In this document: positions 35,213-48,429 of the stretch, piece after piece
How the letters are laid out: every line of letters begins with the position of its first letter
Numbering within the stretch: position 1 is the first letter of the stretch
Assembly: GCA_963761295.1 (NCBI GenBank)
Contig: CAVXGG010000017.1
Span: 103,057 to 167,056 of the forward strand
Direction: 5' to 3'
Source: an uncultured beta proteobacterium
GTDB taxonomy: Bacteria > Pseudomonadota > Gammaproteobacteria > Burkholderiales > Burkholderiaceae_C
DNA: 64,000 bases
Position numbers and translations under genes: made by a program
The notes under the pieces: model-generated
Told to the model about the DNA's origin: nothing
What the model saw: only the letters and a program-made list of their open reading frames with translations
The model's database searches: none

Positions 35213-36094
35213 ATGTCGCTTCCCGAGTCCTCGCCGCCCACGCCGTCCATGGATCCGCCACCCCCACCGCAGGCGTCGAGCTGGCGAACGCGCCTGTCGG
35301 TCTGGCTCGCGAAGCCGGCCGTGCAGCATACGGTGCTCACGCTCATCGTCCTCAACGCGATCATCCTGGGGCTGGAGACGTCGCCCGCCGTGATGGCGCG
35401 CTGGGGCGGCGTGCTGCAGGGGGTCGATCACGCGATCCTCGCGGTGTTCGTGCTGGAGATCGCCGCGCGCATCGCGGTGCTGCGCGGCGCGTTCTTTCGC
35501 AACCCGTGGGGGGTGTTCGACTTCGTGGTGGTTGCGATCGCGCTGGTGCCGGCCAGCGGGCCGTTCGCGGTGCTGCGCGCGCTGCGCGTGTTGCGGGTGC
35601 TGCGCATTCTGACCGTGGTGCCGTCGATGCGGCAGGTGGTGGGCGGGCTGCTCGGTGCGATCCCCGGACTGGCTTCGATCGGCGCGGTGATGGGGCTGAT
35701 CTTCTATGTAATGGCGGTGATTGCGACCAATCTCTTCGGCGCCGATTTTCCGGACTGGTTCGGCGGTCTGGGCCGCTCGCTCTACACCTTGTTCCAGATC
35801 ATGACGCTCGAAAGCTGGTCGATGGGCATCGTGCGGCCCGTGATGGAGCTGCACGGTTACGCGTGGCTGTTTTTCATCGTGTTCATCCTGATCGCGACGT
35901 TCACGATGCTGAACCTGTTCATCGGCGTGATCGTGGGCGCGATGCAGACGTTCAAGGAGGCCGATATGGAGAAGCAGGCGGCGCAGGCCGTGCTCGATGA
36001 CAAGGCCAATGGGATGACGGCCGAGCCGTCAATGACGGATGTGATGGCCGAATTGCGTGCGTTGCGCGGGGAAGTGGCGGCGCTGCGGCGTTAG
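35213..36094 (+). CDS. Voltage-gated sodium channel, bacterial NaChBac/BacNaV type (single six-TM domain)
   Basis: Uninterrupted 293-aa ORF. S4 has Arg at every third position ('FAVLRALRVLRVLRILTVVPSMR'). Selectivity filter 'LFQIMTLESWSMGIVRP'. S6 'FFIVFILIATFTMLNLFIGVIV'. C-terminal coiled-coil-like 'MTDVMAELRALRGEVAALRR'. Confidence 0.88.
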   Translation: MSLPESSPPTPSMDPPPPPQASSWRTRLSVWLAKPAVQHTVLTLIVLNAIILGLETSPAVMARWGGVLQGVDHAILAVFVLEIAARIAVLRGAFFRNPWGVFDFVVVAIALVPASGPFAVLRALRVLRVLRILTVVPSMRQVVGGLLGAIPGLASIGAVMGLIFYVMAVIATNLFGADFPDWFGGLGRSLYTLFQIMTLESWSMGIVRPVMELHGYAWLFFIVFILIATFTMLNLFIGVIVGAMQTFKEADMEKQAAQAVLDDKANGMTAEPSMTDVMAELRALRGEVAALRR

Positions 36095-36116
36095 GGGTCG
36101 GAAGCGGTGGTCCAAA

Positions 36117-36446
36117 TCAGGCAACGCCGGTTGCCGTCTCGGGTCTGGTGGGGCTGACCTGCTTCGCAATCGGTTTGCCGACCGCTTTCTGCGCCACCTT
36201 GAGGTCGTAGATTGCCTGCAGATTGATCCAGCCTTGCGCGTCCACGTCATCCCCGCCGAAATAGCGAGCGAGCCGCGACGCAGTGTCTGCGGTAACACCA
36301 CGACGCTCCAGCACGATGTGGTTGATGCGTGACGCGGGCACGTGCAGCGCCGTCGCAAGCGCGTTGGCGCTCATGTTGAGCGGCGCCAGATGGTCTTCCC
36401 GCAGCACTTCGCCGGGATGTACTGGCCGCATTCCGTTTCTGAACAT
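36117..36446 (-). CDS. higA: HigA-family antitoxin (XRE-type HTH)
   Basis: 109-aa ORF: 'MRPVHPGEVLREDHLAPLNMSANALATALHVPASRINHIVLERRGVTADTASRLARYFGG...WINLQAIYDL'. Confidence 0.85.
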   Translation of the reverse strand: MFRNGMRPVHPGEVLREDHLAPLNMSANALATALHVPASRINHIVLERRGVTADTASRLARYFGGDDVDAQGWINLQAIYDLKVAQKAVGKPIAKQVSPTRPETATGVA

Positions 36447-36459
36447 GGATTGAAGAGGG

Positions 36460-36741
36460 TCTGCGTGTCTGTTGGTAAGGGTCGCCGATCTTCACCTCAT
36501 AGGGTCCGGCGTCACCCCGCATGAACATCAGCCGCCACGGTGCGTTGATGCGTACACGCCAGAAGCCATTGAAAAACTTGAGGTCGTTGCCGGACGGTCG
36601 GGCGATGAATTCCACCGATGGCGCAGTATCGAGTTGCGCAAGCTTTCGCTCAGCCGCATTCGCAATGTTGGTAAACCGTCTGCACTTACCCGTGGTGAAC
36701 AACCTTTGAGTGTCCGCGTCAGAAAGGGACTGAACGACCAT
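36460..36741 (-). CDS. higB: HigB-type (RelE/ParE superfamily) toxin; no stop in frame as sequenced and an apparent small internal deletion
   Basis: Head of ORF 36247..36741: 'MVVQSLSDADTQRLFTTGKCRRFTNIANAAERKLAQLDTAPSVEFIARPSGNDLKFFNGFWRVRINAPWRLMFMRGDAGPYEVKIGDPY'. The frame then runs on through higA. The end coordinate is approximate. Confidence 0.65.
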
Positions 36742-36788
36742 TCGGCATCGGCATACCGTGTATCGGTAAACGGCAGACTATTCTCAGC

Positions 36789-39700
36789 TCACCAGGCATC
36801 GACGAACCGCGCTGCTCCGTCGGCATCGACCGGCGCCCGCTCCAACCCCCGCGCGAGCCAACGCCGCGTCTCGGCCGGGTCGATCACCGCATCGATCTCG
36901 AGCGTCTGCGCCATGTTGATCGCGTGGCCGCGTTGGTAGTGCTCGGCCACCAGCCGGTCGTACAGCGCGTCGCGCTCAGGCCCGGCCGGCAGCGCTTCGA
37001 GTTCCTTCCGGTAGCCGAGCCGCACCGCCCCTTCGAGCCCCATGCCCCCGAACTCGCCGGTCGGCCAGGAGACGATGAAGTGCGGTGCATGAAAGCTGCC
37101 GGCCGTCATCGCCATCGCGCCCAGGCCGTAGCCTTTCCTCAGCACCACGGCGAAGCAGGGCACGCGCAGGTGCGCGGCCGCGATGAACATGCGGCTCACG
37201 TGGCGCACCTGCGCCTTCGTTTCCATCTCCGGGCCGACCATGAACCCCGGTGTGTCGACCAGACTCACGATGGGCAGACCGTGCGCGTTGCAAAGCTGCA
37301 TGAAGCGCGCGGCCTTGTCGGCCGCATCGGCATCGATCGCGCCGCCCAGATGCAGCGGGTTGTTCGCGATCAAGCCCGACCGGCCGACCTTCGATGCGCG
37401 CGAGCGCGGTGTGAATGCCGTGGCCGAAGCCGGTGCGCAGCGGCAGCAGCGAACCGGTGTCGGCAAGTGCCTGCATGACAGCCCGCGTGTCGTAGGCGCG
37501 CAATCGGTTTTCCGGCACCAGATGGCGCAATTGACGCATGTCTGCCGCCTGCCAGTCTGAAGTGCGGCCCTGGAAAAAAGACACATACAGCTTCGCCGCT
37601 GCAACCGCCTCGGCTTCATCCGCGGCCAGCACGTCGATCACGCCGTTGCCATGCTGCACCCGGCTCGGCCCGATCTGCTCGGGCGCGAACGTGCCCAGAC
37701 CGCCGCCTTCGATCATCGCGGGGCCGCCCATGCCGATGTTGCTGTGGGCGGTGGCGATGATCGCGTCGCAGCAACCGAGCAGTGCCGCGTTGCCGGCAAA
37801 GCAGCGGCCGGCGACGACGCCGATCACGGGCACATGGCCGTTCAACTTCGCGAACGCGGCAAAGGTGTGCACGTGCAGGCCGGCCACGATGGCCACATCG
37901 GTGTCGCCGGGCCGGCCGCCGCCGCCCTCGGCGAACAGCACCACCGGCAGCTTCGAACGATGCGCGAGCGCGAGCAATCGGTCGGTCTTTGCGTGGTTGC
38001 GAAAGCCCTGCGTGCCGGCGAGCACGGTGTAGTCGTAGCTCATCACGGCGCAGCGCGCGGCTTCCGCGCCGAACGCGTTGGCGTTCACGGTCGCGGTGCC
38101 GGTCACCATGCCGTCGGCCGGCGTGTTTTCGATCAGGTCGGGCAGGCTGCGTCGGGCGCTTTGCGCGGCGATCGCGAGCGCGCCGTATTCGAGAAAGCTG
38201 CCTTCGTCGCAGAAATCGGCGATGTTCTCGCGCGCGGTTCGGCCACCGTGCGCGTGGCGCTTGGCGATCGCGCGCGGCCGGTTCTCGTCGAGCGTGAACG
38301 CATGGCGGTCGATGACTTTTTGCAGGTCGGGCCGAATCGCGTCGGGGTCTTGCGCGGTGCGGTCCGCATCGGGCACCGCTTCGTGTGCCACCGGCTCCAG
38401 CCAGGCCAGCACGTCGCCTTCCGCGACGTACGCGCCGGGCTCTGCACGCAGCCCCACCACGCGACCCGGCGCGTCGGCCAGCAGCAGGTGCTGCATCTTC
38501 ATCGCCTCGAGCACGGCGATCGCACCGCCGCTGTTCAGCAGGTCGCCGACGGCCGCGTCGAGCTGCACCACGCGCGCGGCCATCGGCGCGCGTACGGGCC
38601 GCCAGTCGGGGTTGATTTGTGCATCGAAAACCGCAGGATGGCTTGTGGAGTAATCATTTTCAGCTACAGTTTCAGGAGCATCCGCCACTTGATCCGCTGC
38701 GATCGCGTGGGCCGCTGCGAGCAACTGCGGCAACTGCTGCTCCAACAGCCGTGTATGCACCTGCTGGCTTGCGAACGCGGGCAACGCGGCAATCGCGCGC
38801 AGCAGCGCGACGTTGGTGGCCACGCCGTCGATTCGGCACTCGGCCAGCGCGCGTTGGGACCGCCGCACCGCCGCAGCAAAGCCCGCTTCGCTGTTCGTCG
38901 GCACCTGCACGATCAGTTTGGCGAGCAACGTATCGAAGTGCGGCGAAGGCGCCGCGCCCGCAAAGCCGTGCGTGTCGACGCGAATGCCGGGGCCGGACGG
39001 CAACTCGAAGCGCGAGAGGCGCCCGGTCGATGCCTTGGTCTGCCCATCGGCCTGCAAGGTCTCGGCGTTGATGCGCCACTGGATCGCAAAGCCGCGCGGC
39101 GCTGGCGGGGCAGCGGGATCGAGCCCGAGTGCGGACAGTGGCTGGCCCGCTGCGACGCCGAGCTGCAGCCGCACCAGGTCGAGCCCCGTGACCTGCTCGG
39201 TCACCGTGTGTTCGACCTGCAGCCGCGGGTTGCATTCGATGAAGACGAACGGCAGATCGCTGTCGGGCGTGTCGTCGACCAGAAACTCGAACGTGCCCAG
39301 ATTCGAATAGCGCACCTCGCGTGCCATCGTCAGCGCAGCGGCGGTGATGGCTTCGCGCAGGCGCGGCGACAAGGTCGGGCTCGGCGCGATCTCGACGAGT
39401 TTTTGAAAGCGGCGCTGCAGCGTGCATTCGCGCTCTCCGAGGCTTACGACCACTTCGCCGTCGCCCACGATCTGCACTTCGAGATGGCGCGCATGCGGCA
39501 TCAGGCGTTCGACGTAGAGCCCTTCGACGCCGAATGCGGCTCGCGCTTCCGCCGTGCAGCGCTCGAAGGCCTGCGTCAGTTCGTCGGCACGCAGCACCGC
39601 CCGCATGCCGCGCCCGCCGCCGCCGCCGATCGCCTTGAGCATCACGCCGGTCCTTGCCGGCAGGCTGTGCATGAAAGCCTGCGCCTGCGCCAGGTCGACC

Positions 39701-40113
39701 GCATCGTCGCTGCCCGGCAGCAGCGGCACACCGCAGCGCGCGGCCAGCGCGCGTGCCTGCGCCTTGTCGCCGAACAGCGCGAGTTGCGCGGGTGTCGGGC
39801 CGATGAAGACAGGCCCGCGTCGCTCACGGCTTGCGCGAAGTCGGCGCGCTCGGACAAAAAGCCGTAGCCCGGATGCACGGCGTCGCAGCCTGTGCGTTGT
39901 GCGACTTCGATCAGGCGCGTGCCGTTCAGATAGGCGTCCGGTCCGGTCGCGTCGATCGAAACCGCTGCGTCTGCCAGGCGCACATGCAGCGCATCGGCGT
40001 CGTCCTTCGAATGCACCGCCACACTCGCCGATGCCGAGGTCCTGCAGCGCGCGCACCAGCCGCACCGCGATCTCGCCGCGATTCGCGATCAGGATTTTTC
40101 GAAAGCGCTGCAT
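36789..40113 (-). CDS. Single-chain multidomain acyl-CoA carboxylase (biotin carboxylase + biotin carrier + carboxyltransferase in one polypeptide); about 3 frame breaks
   Basis: - ATG 40113: 'MQRFRKILIANRGEIAVRLVRALQDLGI'.
- ORF 39642..40022: 'AVHSKDDADALHVRLADAAVSIDATGPDAYLNGTRLIEVAQRTGCDAVHPGYGFLSERADFAQAVSDAG'.
- Main frame of ORF 36976..40899: 'VFIGPTPAQLALFGDK...KAIGGGGGRGMR...ECNPRLQVEHTVTE...', the biotinyl site 'VLEAMKMQHLL', then the carboxyltransferase region 'RTARENIADFCDEGSFLEYG...VMSYDYTVLAGTQG...LFAEGGGGRPGD'.
- ORF 36789..37619 tail: 'GLIANNPLHLGGAIDADAADKAARFMQLCNAHGLPIVSLVDTPGFMVG...'. Confidence 0.8.
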
Positions 40114-40118
40114 TTGCT

Positions 40119-41764
40119 TCAGGCCTGTCGGTCTTTGAGCAGCCGGCGCAGCACCTTGCCGGCGCCGGTGGCAGGCAGCACGTCGATGAACGCAGACTTC
40201 GCGCGGCGCCTTGTAGCTGGCCATGTGTTCGCGCGCCCACTGGATCAGCTCGGCCGCATCGATGTGATCAGCGTCCGGCTTTTTCACGATGAAGGCCTTG
40301 ACGACCTCGCCCTTTTCCGGATCGGGCACGCCGATGACGGCCGCCTGTGCGATCTGCGGGTGCTTGATCAAAATGGTTTCGACCTCTTCCGGAAACACGC
40401 TGTAGCCGGAGACTTTGATCATTTCCTTGAAACGGCCAATGAAGGTCAGATAGCCGTCCGCGTCGATCTTGCCGATATCGCCGGTGTGCACCCAGCCATC
40501 TCGCAGTGTCTGTGCGGTGGCTTCCGGTTTGTTCCAGTAGCCTTTGAACACGCCCGCGCTCTTCAGCACGATTTCGCCGTGCTCGCCCGTGGGCATCTCG
40601 GCGCCGCTGTCGGGATCGAGGATGCGGATTTCGTTGCCCGGCACCGCGGTGCCGTGCGTGCCCCAGCGCACCGCGTCGGGCGGCATGCTGCTGTCCATCG
40701 TGTGCGTCTCGCTCAGGCCGTAGGCGGCTTCCATCGATCGGCAGTTGGGCGCGAACGCCTGCCACTGTTCGGCCAGCGCCTGCGTGTAGGTGATGCCAAA
40801 GCTCGTCACGGTGTTCTCGCGCAGAGTGCTCAGGTCGTAGTCGCCCTGGCGTCGGGCACCGCCATCACCGCGACGTTCATCGGGGCGATGCTGTACCACC
40901 AGGTCACGCGGTGGTGGTCAATTGCCTGCAGCACGGTTTCGGATCGAACCGGTGCAGCAGCACGGTGGCGCGCCCGAATAGATGCCGAGATTCACGCCCA
41001 TCAGCATGCCGGCGATGTGATAGAGCGGGGCGACCGCGAGCAGCACGTCGTGCTCGTCGATGCCGCGCGACTCGACCGACACGCGGGTCTTGTAGAGCGC
41101 GTTGCGGAACGTCAGCATCGCGCCTTTGGGCAGGCCGGTGGTGCCGGACGTGTAGGTCATCAGCGCGACGTCCTCGTCGATGTCGATCGAGACCGCAGGC
41201 GGCTTGGCACCGCTTTCGGCAGGCTTGCAGGAAATCCAGCGTGCCCGGGGCAGTTCGGCGTCGCAGTCGCCACGGTCGGCCGCCAGATCGGGCGGCAGGT
41301 CGAGCGCCGGTGCGGCCGGCAACATCGCCGCGTGCCGCGTCGTGAACACGTGTTCGAGCGCGGGCGTGTCGGCGCGGACCTTCGACCAGCACCGGCAGCA
41401 GGCTCGCCGCCGCGACGATCACGCGCGCTTTCAGGTCATTCAACTGATAGGCAAGCTCGTGCTCTTTGTAGAGCGGCCCGCACGGGCAGACGACGCCTCC
41501 GAGCTTCTGGATGCCGTAGTGCGCAATCACGTACTGCGGGCAGTTGTTCAGGAAGAGCGCGACCGGCTCGCCTTTGGCGACGCCCAACTCGGCCAGCCGG
41601 GACGCGAAGCCGTCGCTCCAGGCGTCAAGTTGGGCGAACGTGATCTCGGCAGCCGTACCAGAGGTAGGCCACACGGTCGGGCGTGCTGCGCGCATGCGCG
41701 CGCAGGTGCTCGTGCGAGCGGCGCATCGGCGTCTGGAGAGGCTGGGGCCGAAAGCGGACGCCAT
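40119..41764 (-). CDS. AMP-dependent acyl-CoA synthetase/ligase; at least 6 frame breaks
   Basis: - ATG 41764: 'MASAFGPS'.
- Shifted piece: 'PLQTPMRRSHEHLRAHARSTPDRVAYLWYG'.
- ORF 40904..41830: 'EITFAQLDAWSDGFASRLAELGVAKGEPVALFLNNCPQYVIAHYGIQKLGGVVCPCGPLYKEHELAYQLNDLKARVIV'.
- ORF 40918..41349: 'DVALMTYTSGTTGLPKGAMLTFRNALY...LYHIAGML'.
- Head of ORF 36976..40899: 'YGLSETH...GEIVLKSAGVFKGYWNKPEATAQTLRDGWVHTGDIGKIDADGYLTFIGRFKEMIKVSGYSVFPEEVE'.
- Own translation of the end: 'KAPREVRFIDVLPATGAGKVLRRLLKDRQA*' (stop 40119-40121). Confidence 0.8.
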
Positions 41765-42005
41765 GTTGCTGTGTCTCCTTCGGTGTTTTTGCTCAGCGGG
41801 TCGGCGGCGGACTTCGAAGCGCCGCCGCATCAGGGTCTGTCAGGGTAGTCGGATCGTGCCGTCGGGATTGCACCATCGCGGCTGCAGCGCATGCGGTCGC
41901 GTTTGAGACGGTCGCGTGGTGGGCCGTGAAGGCGGGCTCGCTGGCGCGCCTCGGCCCGGCGGCAACGCCGTTGAGTCATCCGTTTTCAGAACAGGAGACT
42001 TTTCC

Positions 42006-43271
42006 ATGACCCGTTCCGCCCCGATGTGCACGCGTGCCGCCGTCGCTGTGCCGCCGCCTGCGCTGGGCTGCGCCGTGGGCGCCTCCGCACAGCAAACCTA
42101 CAAGCTCGCCTACATCGATCCGTTGTCCGGCCCGTTCGCCAGCGTCGGCGAACTGATGCTGAACCATCTGCAATATGCGGTCGAGGACATCAACGCGAAT
42201 GGCGGTGCAACTGCTCGGCATGCCGTTCGAGCTGCTGAAGTTCGACAGCAAGTTGTCCGCGCAGGAAAGCCAGAGTGCACTGAAAGCCGCGATCGACCAG
42301 GGCGCGCGCGTGATCCTGACGGGTGGCTCAGGCTCATCGGTGGTCGCTTCGCTGGTCGGTGCGGTGAACAAGCACAACGAGCGCAACCCCGAGCAGCGCG
42401 TGCTGGTGCTGAACCATTCGTCGATCGACCCGGACATGACGGGCAAGAACTGCAGCTTCTGGTACTTCCAGACCGAGGCCAGCACCGCGATGAAGATGCA
42501 GGCGATCGCCAACTACATCAAGACGCAGGACGGCATCAAGAAAATCTACCTGTTGAACCAGGACTACGCGCATGGCCGGCAATGGGCAAGTTACGGCCGG
42601 CAGATGGTTGCCGCCGTTCGGCCGGACATCGCGTTCGTCGGCGAGGACTTCCACGCGAATAGGCCGCGTGAAAGATTTCGCGCCTTACGTTGCCAAGATC
42701 CGGGCAACCGAGGCCGACTCGGTGATCACCGGCAACTGGGGGCAGGACATGACGTTGCTGCTGCGCGCGGCCGGGTGACGCGGGCTACGCATTGCGCTAT
42801 TTCAACCACAGTGCGGGCTCAATCCCCGGCACGGTGCTTGCGGTGTCGCAGGCGAAGGTGGGCGATCTGACCTGGGTGGCCGAATGGCATCCGGGCGAGC
42901 AGGGCATGCCGAAGCCGACGGCGCTCGCGCAGAGCTACCGCGTCAAAGACCGGGCGCGACTTCCTCGCACCGCGCATCGAATTCACGCCACGGCTGCTGG
43001 CCGCCGCGCTGCAAAAAGCGAAGTCGACCGATGCGGTGCAGGTCGCGCGTGCGCTCGAAGGCTGTCAATGGACAGCGTGGTGGGCTCGGTGCGCATGCGC
43101 GCAGAGGACCATCAGCTGTTGTTGCCGCAAGTCGTCAATACGATCGCGCCGGTTGACGGCAACCAGGTGAAGAACGGATGGGAAGGCACGGACTACGGCT
43201 TTCGGACCGACGCGGTGTACAGCGGCGAAGAACTCGCGCAGCCGAGCGAATGCCGGATGGAGCGGCCATGA
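42006..43271 (+). CDS. ABC transporter substrate-binding protein, LivK/branched-chain-amino-acid type; at least 5 frame breaks
   Basis: - ATG 42006: 'MTRSAPMCTRAAVAV...ASAQQTYKLAYIDPLSGPFASVGELMLNHLQYAVEDINANGG' (ORF 41916..42662).
- ORF 42175..42870: 'LLGMPFELLKFDSKLSAQESQSALKAAIDQGARVILTGGSGSSVVASLVGAVNKHNERNPEQRVLVLNHSSIDPDMTGKNCSFWYFQTEASTAMKMQAIANYIKTQDGIKKIYLLNQDYAHGRQ'.
- ORF 42572..42778: 'RVKDFAPYVAKIRATEADSVITGNWGQDMTLLLRAAG'.
- ORF 42792..43271 head and tail. Confidence 0.75.
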
Positions 43272-43715
43272 CGCCGTGCGACAGCGCGACAGTGACCGAC
43301 TGGTTGTGTCGGAGGATGCGGTGGCCAAGTGGCGAATGTGCGTTGCCGGAAGCGGTTTTCGCCAATTCGGTCACCAAATGGCAAAGATCTAAACCGCCTT
43401 TGCGGAACAGCTCGTTACACAATCTGCGCGGGTGTGGATCTTCGGTGCCGACGGGCCCCGGGCGGGCGTCTGCGCAGGCCACTTCGGCCTGCAGGCGCAC
43501 CGGCCGATCTCGCGCCATTGGGAAAGGCCCGAGATGACGACACAACGGCACGCGCACGACCATGAATCCTGCAAGAGCCTCGAGACGCGCCGCGCCCGCG
43601 ATTTGCCGACATCCGTCGGCGGGAAGGTCGCAGGAGTGCTCCATTGGGCGCAGTGCGCCGCGAGCAGGCGCGCGCCGCTCGGCGATCGCTTGTTTTCGAA
43701 CATCGGTGCTCGACG

Positions 43716-47205
<3,490 letters not shown>

Positions 47206-47209
<4 letters not shown>

Positions 47210-48397
47210 CGACGACCGCATTGAAGCAAATCGAGCTGGGCCCCACCACGGCGACTGCGGGGGTCCTGCTCAGCCGGCCGCCGGCGCTGGAGGCGGTGCT
47301 GAACGCCGCGCAGGCGTCGGCCAAGCCGACCGTGCTGGTGGTGGACGACACGCCGGCCAATCTGACGTTGCTCGCGAACCTGCTCAACAAGCACTACCGC
47401 GTGCTGCTCGCCAATTCGGGCGCGAAGGCGCTCGAGATCGCGCATGCGCTCGCCGCCCGACGTGGTCGTGCTCGACGTGATGATGCCGCTGATGGACGGC
47501 TACGAGGTGCTGCCGCCGGCTGAAAGGCCGACCCGCGCACCTGCGACGCGCCGGTGCTGTTTCTGACCGCGCTGTCGCAGCCCGCCGACGAAGCGCGCGG
47601 CTTCGAAGCCGGCGGCGCCGATTTCGTGCAGAAGCCGTTTCATCCGCAGACGGTGCTCGCGCGCGTGGCGACCCAGGCGCAGGTGAAAGCCTGGCGCGAC
47701 GCGTTGAAGGATCGCAACGCCTGGCTGCAGGAAGAGCTGGTGGCGCGCGTCGGCGAGGTCGAGCGGCTGCGCGACACCACGTTGTTCGTAATGATCTCGC
47801 TGGCCGAGTTTCGCGATCAGGAAACCGGCAACCACGTGCGGCGCACCCAGGAGTACGTGCGCACGCTCGCGACCTGGCTGGCGACCGAGGCGCCACGGCG
47901 CATCGCGCTGTCCGCCGCCGAAATCGACCAGCTCGCGCGCTCGGCGCCGCTGCACGACATCGGCAAGGTCGCGATCCCCGACGCGGTCCTGCTGAAGCCC
48001 GGGCCGCTGTCGGCCGAAGAGTGGGTCGTGATGCGCACGCATCCCGATGCACGGCTGGGAGCTGCTGCGCCGCGCATCCAACCGGATCGGCGAGCAGGGC
48101 CTGTTCCTGACCTACGCAATGGAGATCGCACGACACCACCATGAAAAGTGGGACGGCAGCGGCTACCCGGACGGCCTGGCCGGCGAGGACATTCCGCTGT
48201 CGGCCCGCCTGATGGCGGTCGCCGACGTGTACGACGCGCTGATCAGCCGGCGGCCCTACAAGGAGCCGATGAGTCATGAGGCCGCCGTCGCCTGGATTTG
48301 CAACCACAGCGGCAGCCACTTCGACCCGGCGGTGGTCGATGCGCTTGAGGCCACCCAGCAGCGACTGAGGGAGATCGCGCTGCTGCTGAAGGACTGA
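47206..48397 (+). CDS. Response regulator with HD-GYP output domain (RpfG-type c-di-GMP phosphodiesterase); at least 3 frame breaks
   Basis: - ATG 47206 'MTTTALKQIELG...' and 'PTVLVVDDTPANLTLLANLLNKHYRVLLANSGAKALEI' (tail of ORF 46231..47523).
- Own translation: 'PDVVVLDVMMPLMDGYEV'.
- ORF 47554..48144: 'LFLTALSQPADEARGFEAGGADFVQKPF...ETGNHVRRTQEYVRTLA...APLHDIGKVAIPDAVLLKPGPLSAEEWVVMRTHP'.
- ORF 48047..48397: 'ARHHHEKWDGSGYPDGLAGEDIPLSARLMAVADVYDAL'. Confidence 0.82.
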
Positions 48398-48429
48398 AGT
48401 CGGCGCGTCTTGCGGGTTGCCGCGCCGGG

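Noticed and set aside
36119-36134. Hairpin 'ggcaacgccggttgcc' after the sodium-channel gene as a terminator
   Set aside because: The stem is short (6 bp) with no T-tract, and it lies inside the 3' end of the convergent higA coding sequence.
37651-39867. 738-aa plus-strand ORF. The same applies to 43389..45380(-), 31577..33055(-), 33407..34273(-), 1167..2522(-), 23398..24819(+), 26698..27846(+), 25169..26029(+) and 60884..61930(-).
   Set aside because: All lie antisense to genes with strong motif support (carboxylase, histidine kinase, UvrA paralogue, acyl-CoA ligase, treZ, the GH/GT ORF, glf, obg). They have the biased Arg/Ala/Gly/His composition of stop-poor antisense frames in GC-rich DNA.
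36976-40899. 1307-aa ORF suggesting a giant acyl-CoA ligase-carboxylase fusion protein
   Set aside because: Restoring the ligase frame gives a canonical C-terminus with a stop at 40119-40121. The carboxylase has its own ATG at 40113 ('MQRFRKILIANRGEIAVR'). The apparent fusion results from a frame break in the last 30 or so codons of the ligase.
43272-43715. Possible small gene in the 440-bp spacer before the histidine kinase ('MTTQRHAHDHESCKSLE...', His-rich start reminiscent of metal transporters)
   Set aside because: Only a short His-rich stretch resembles anything. The remainder is not membrane-like, and there is no family-level match I can defend.
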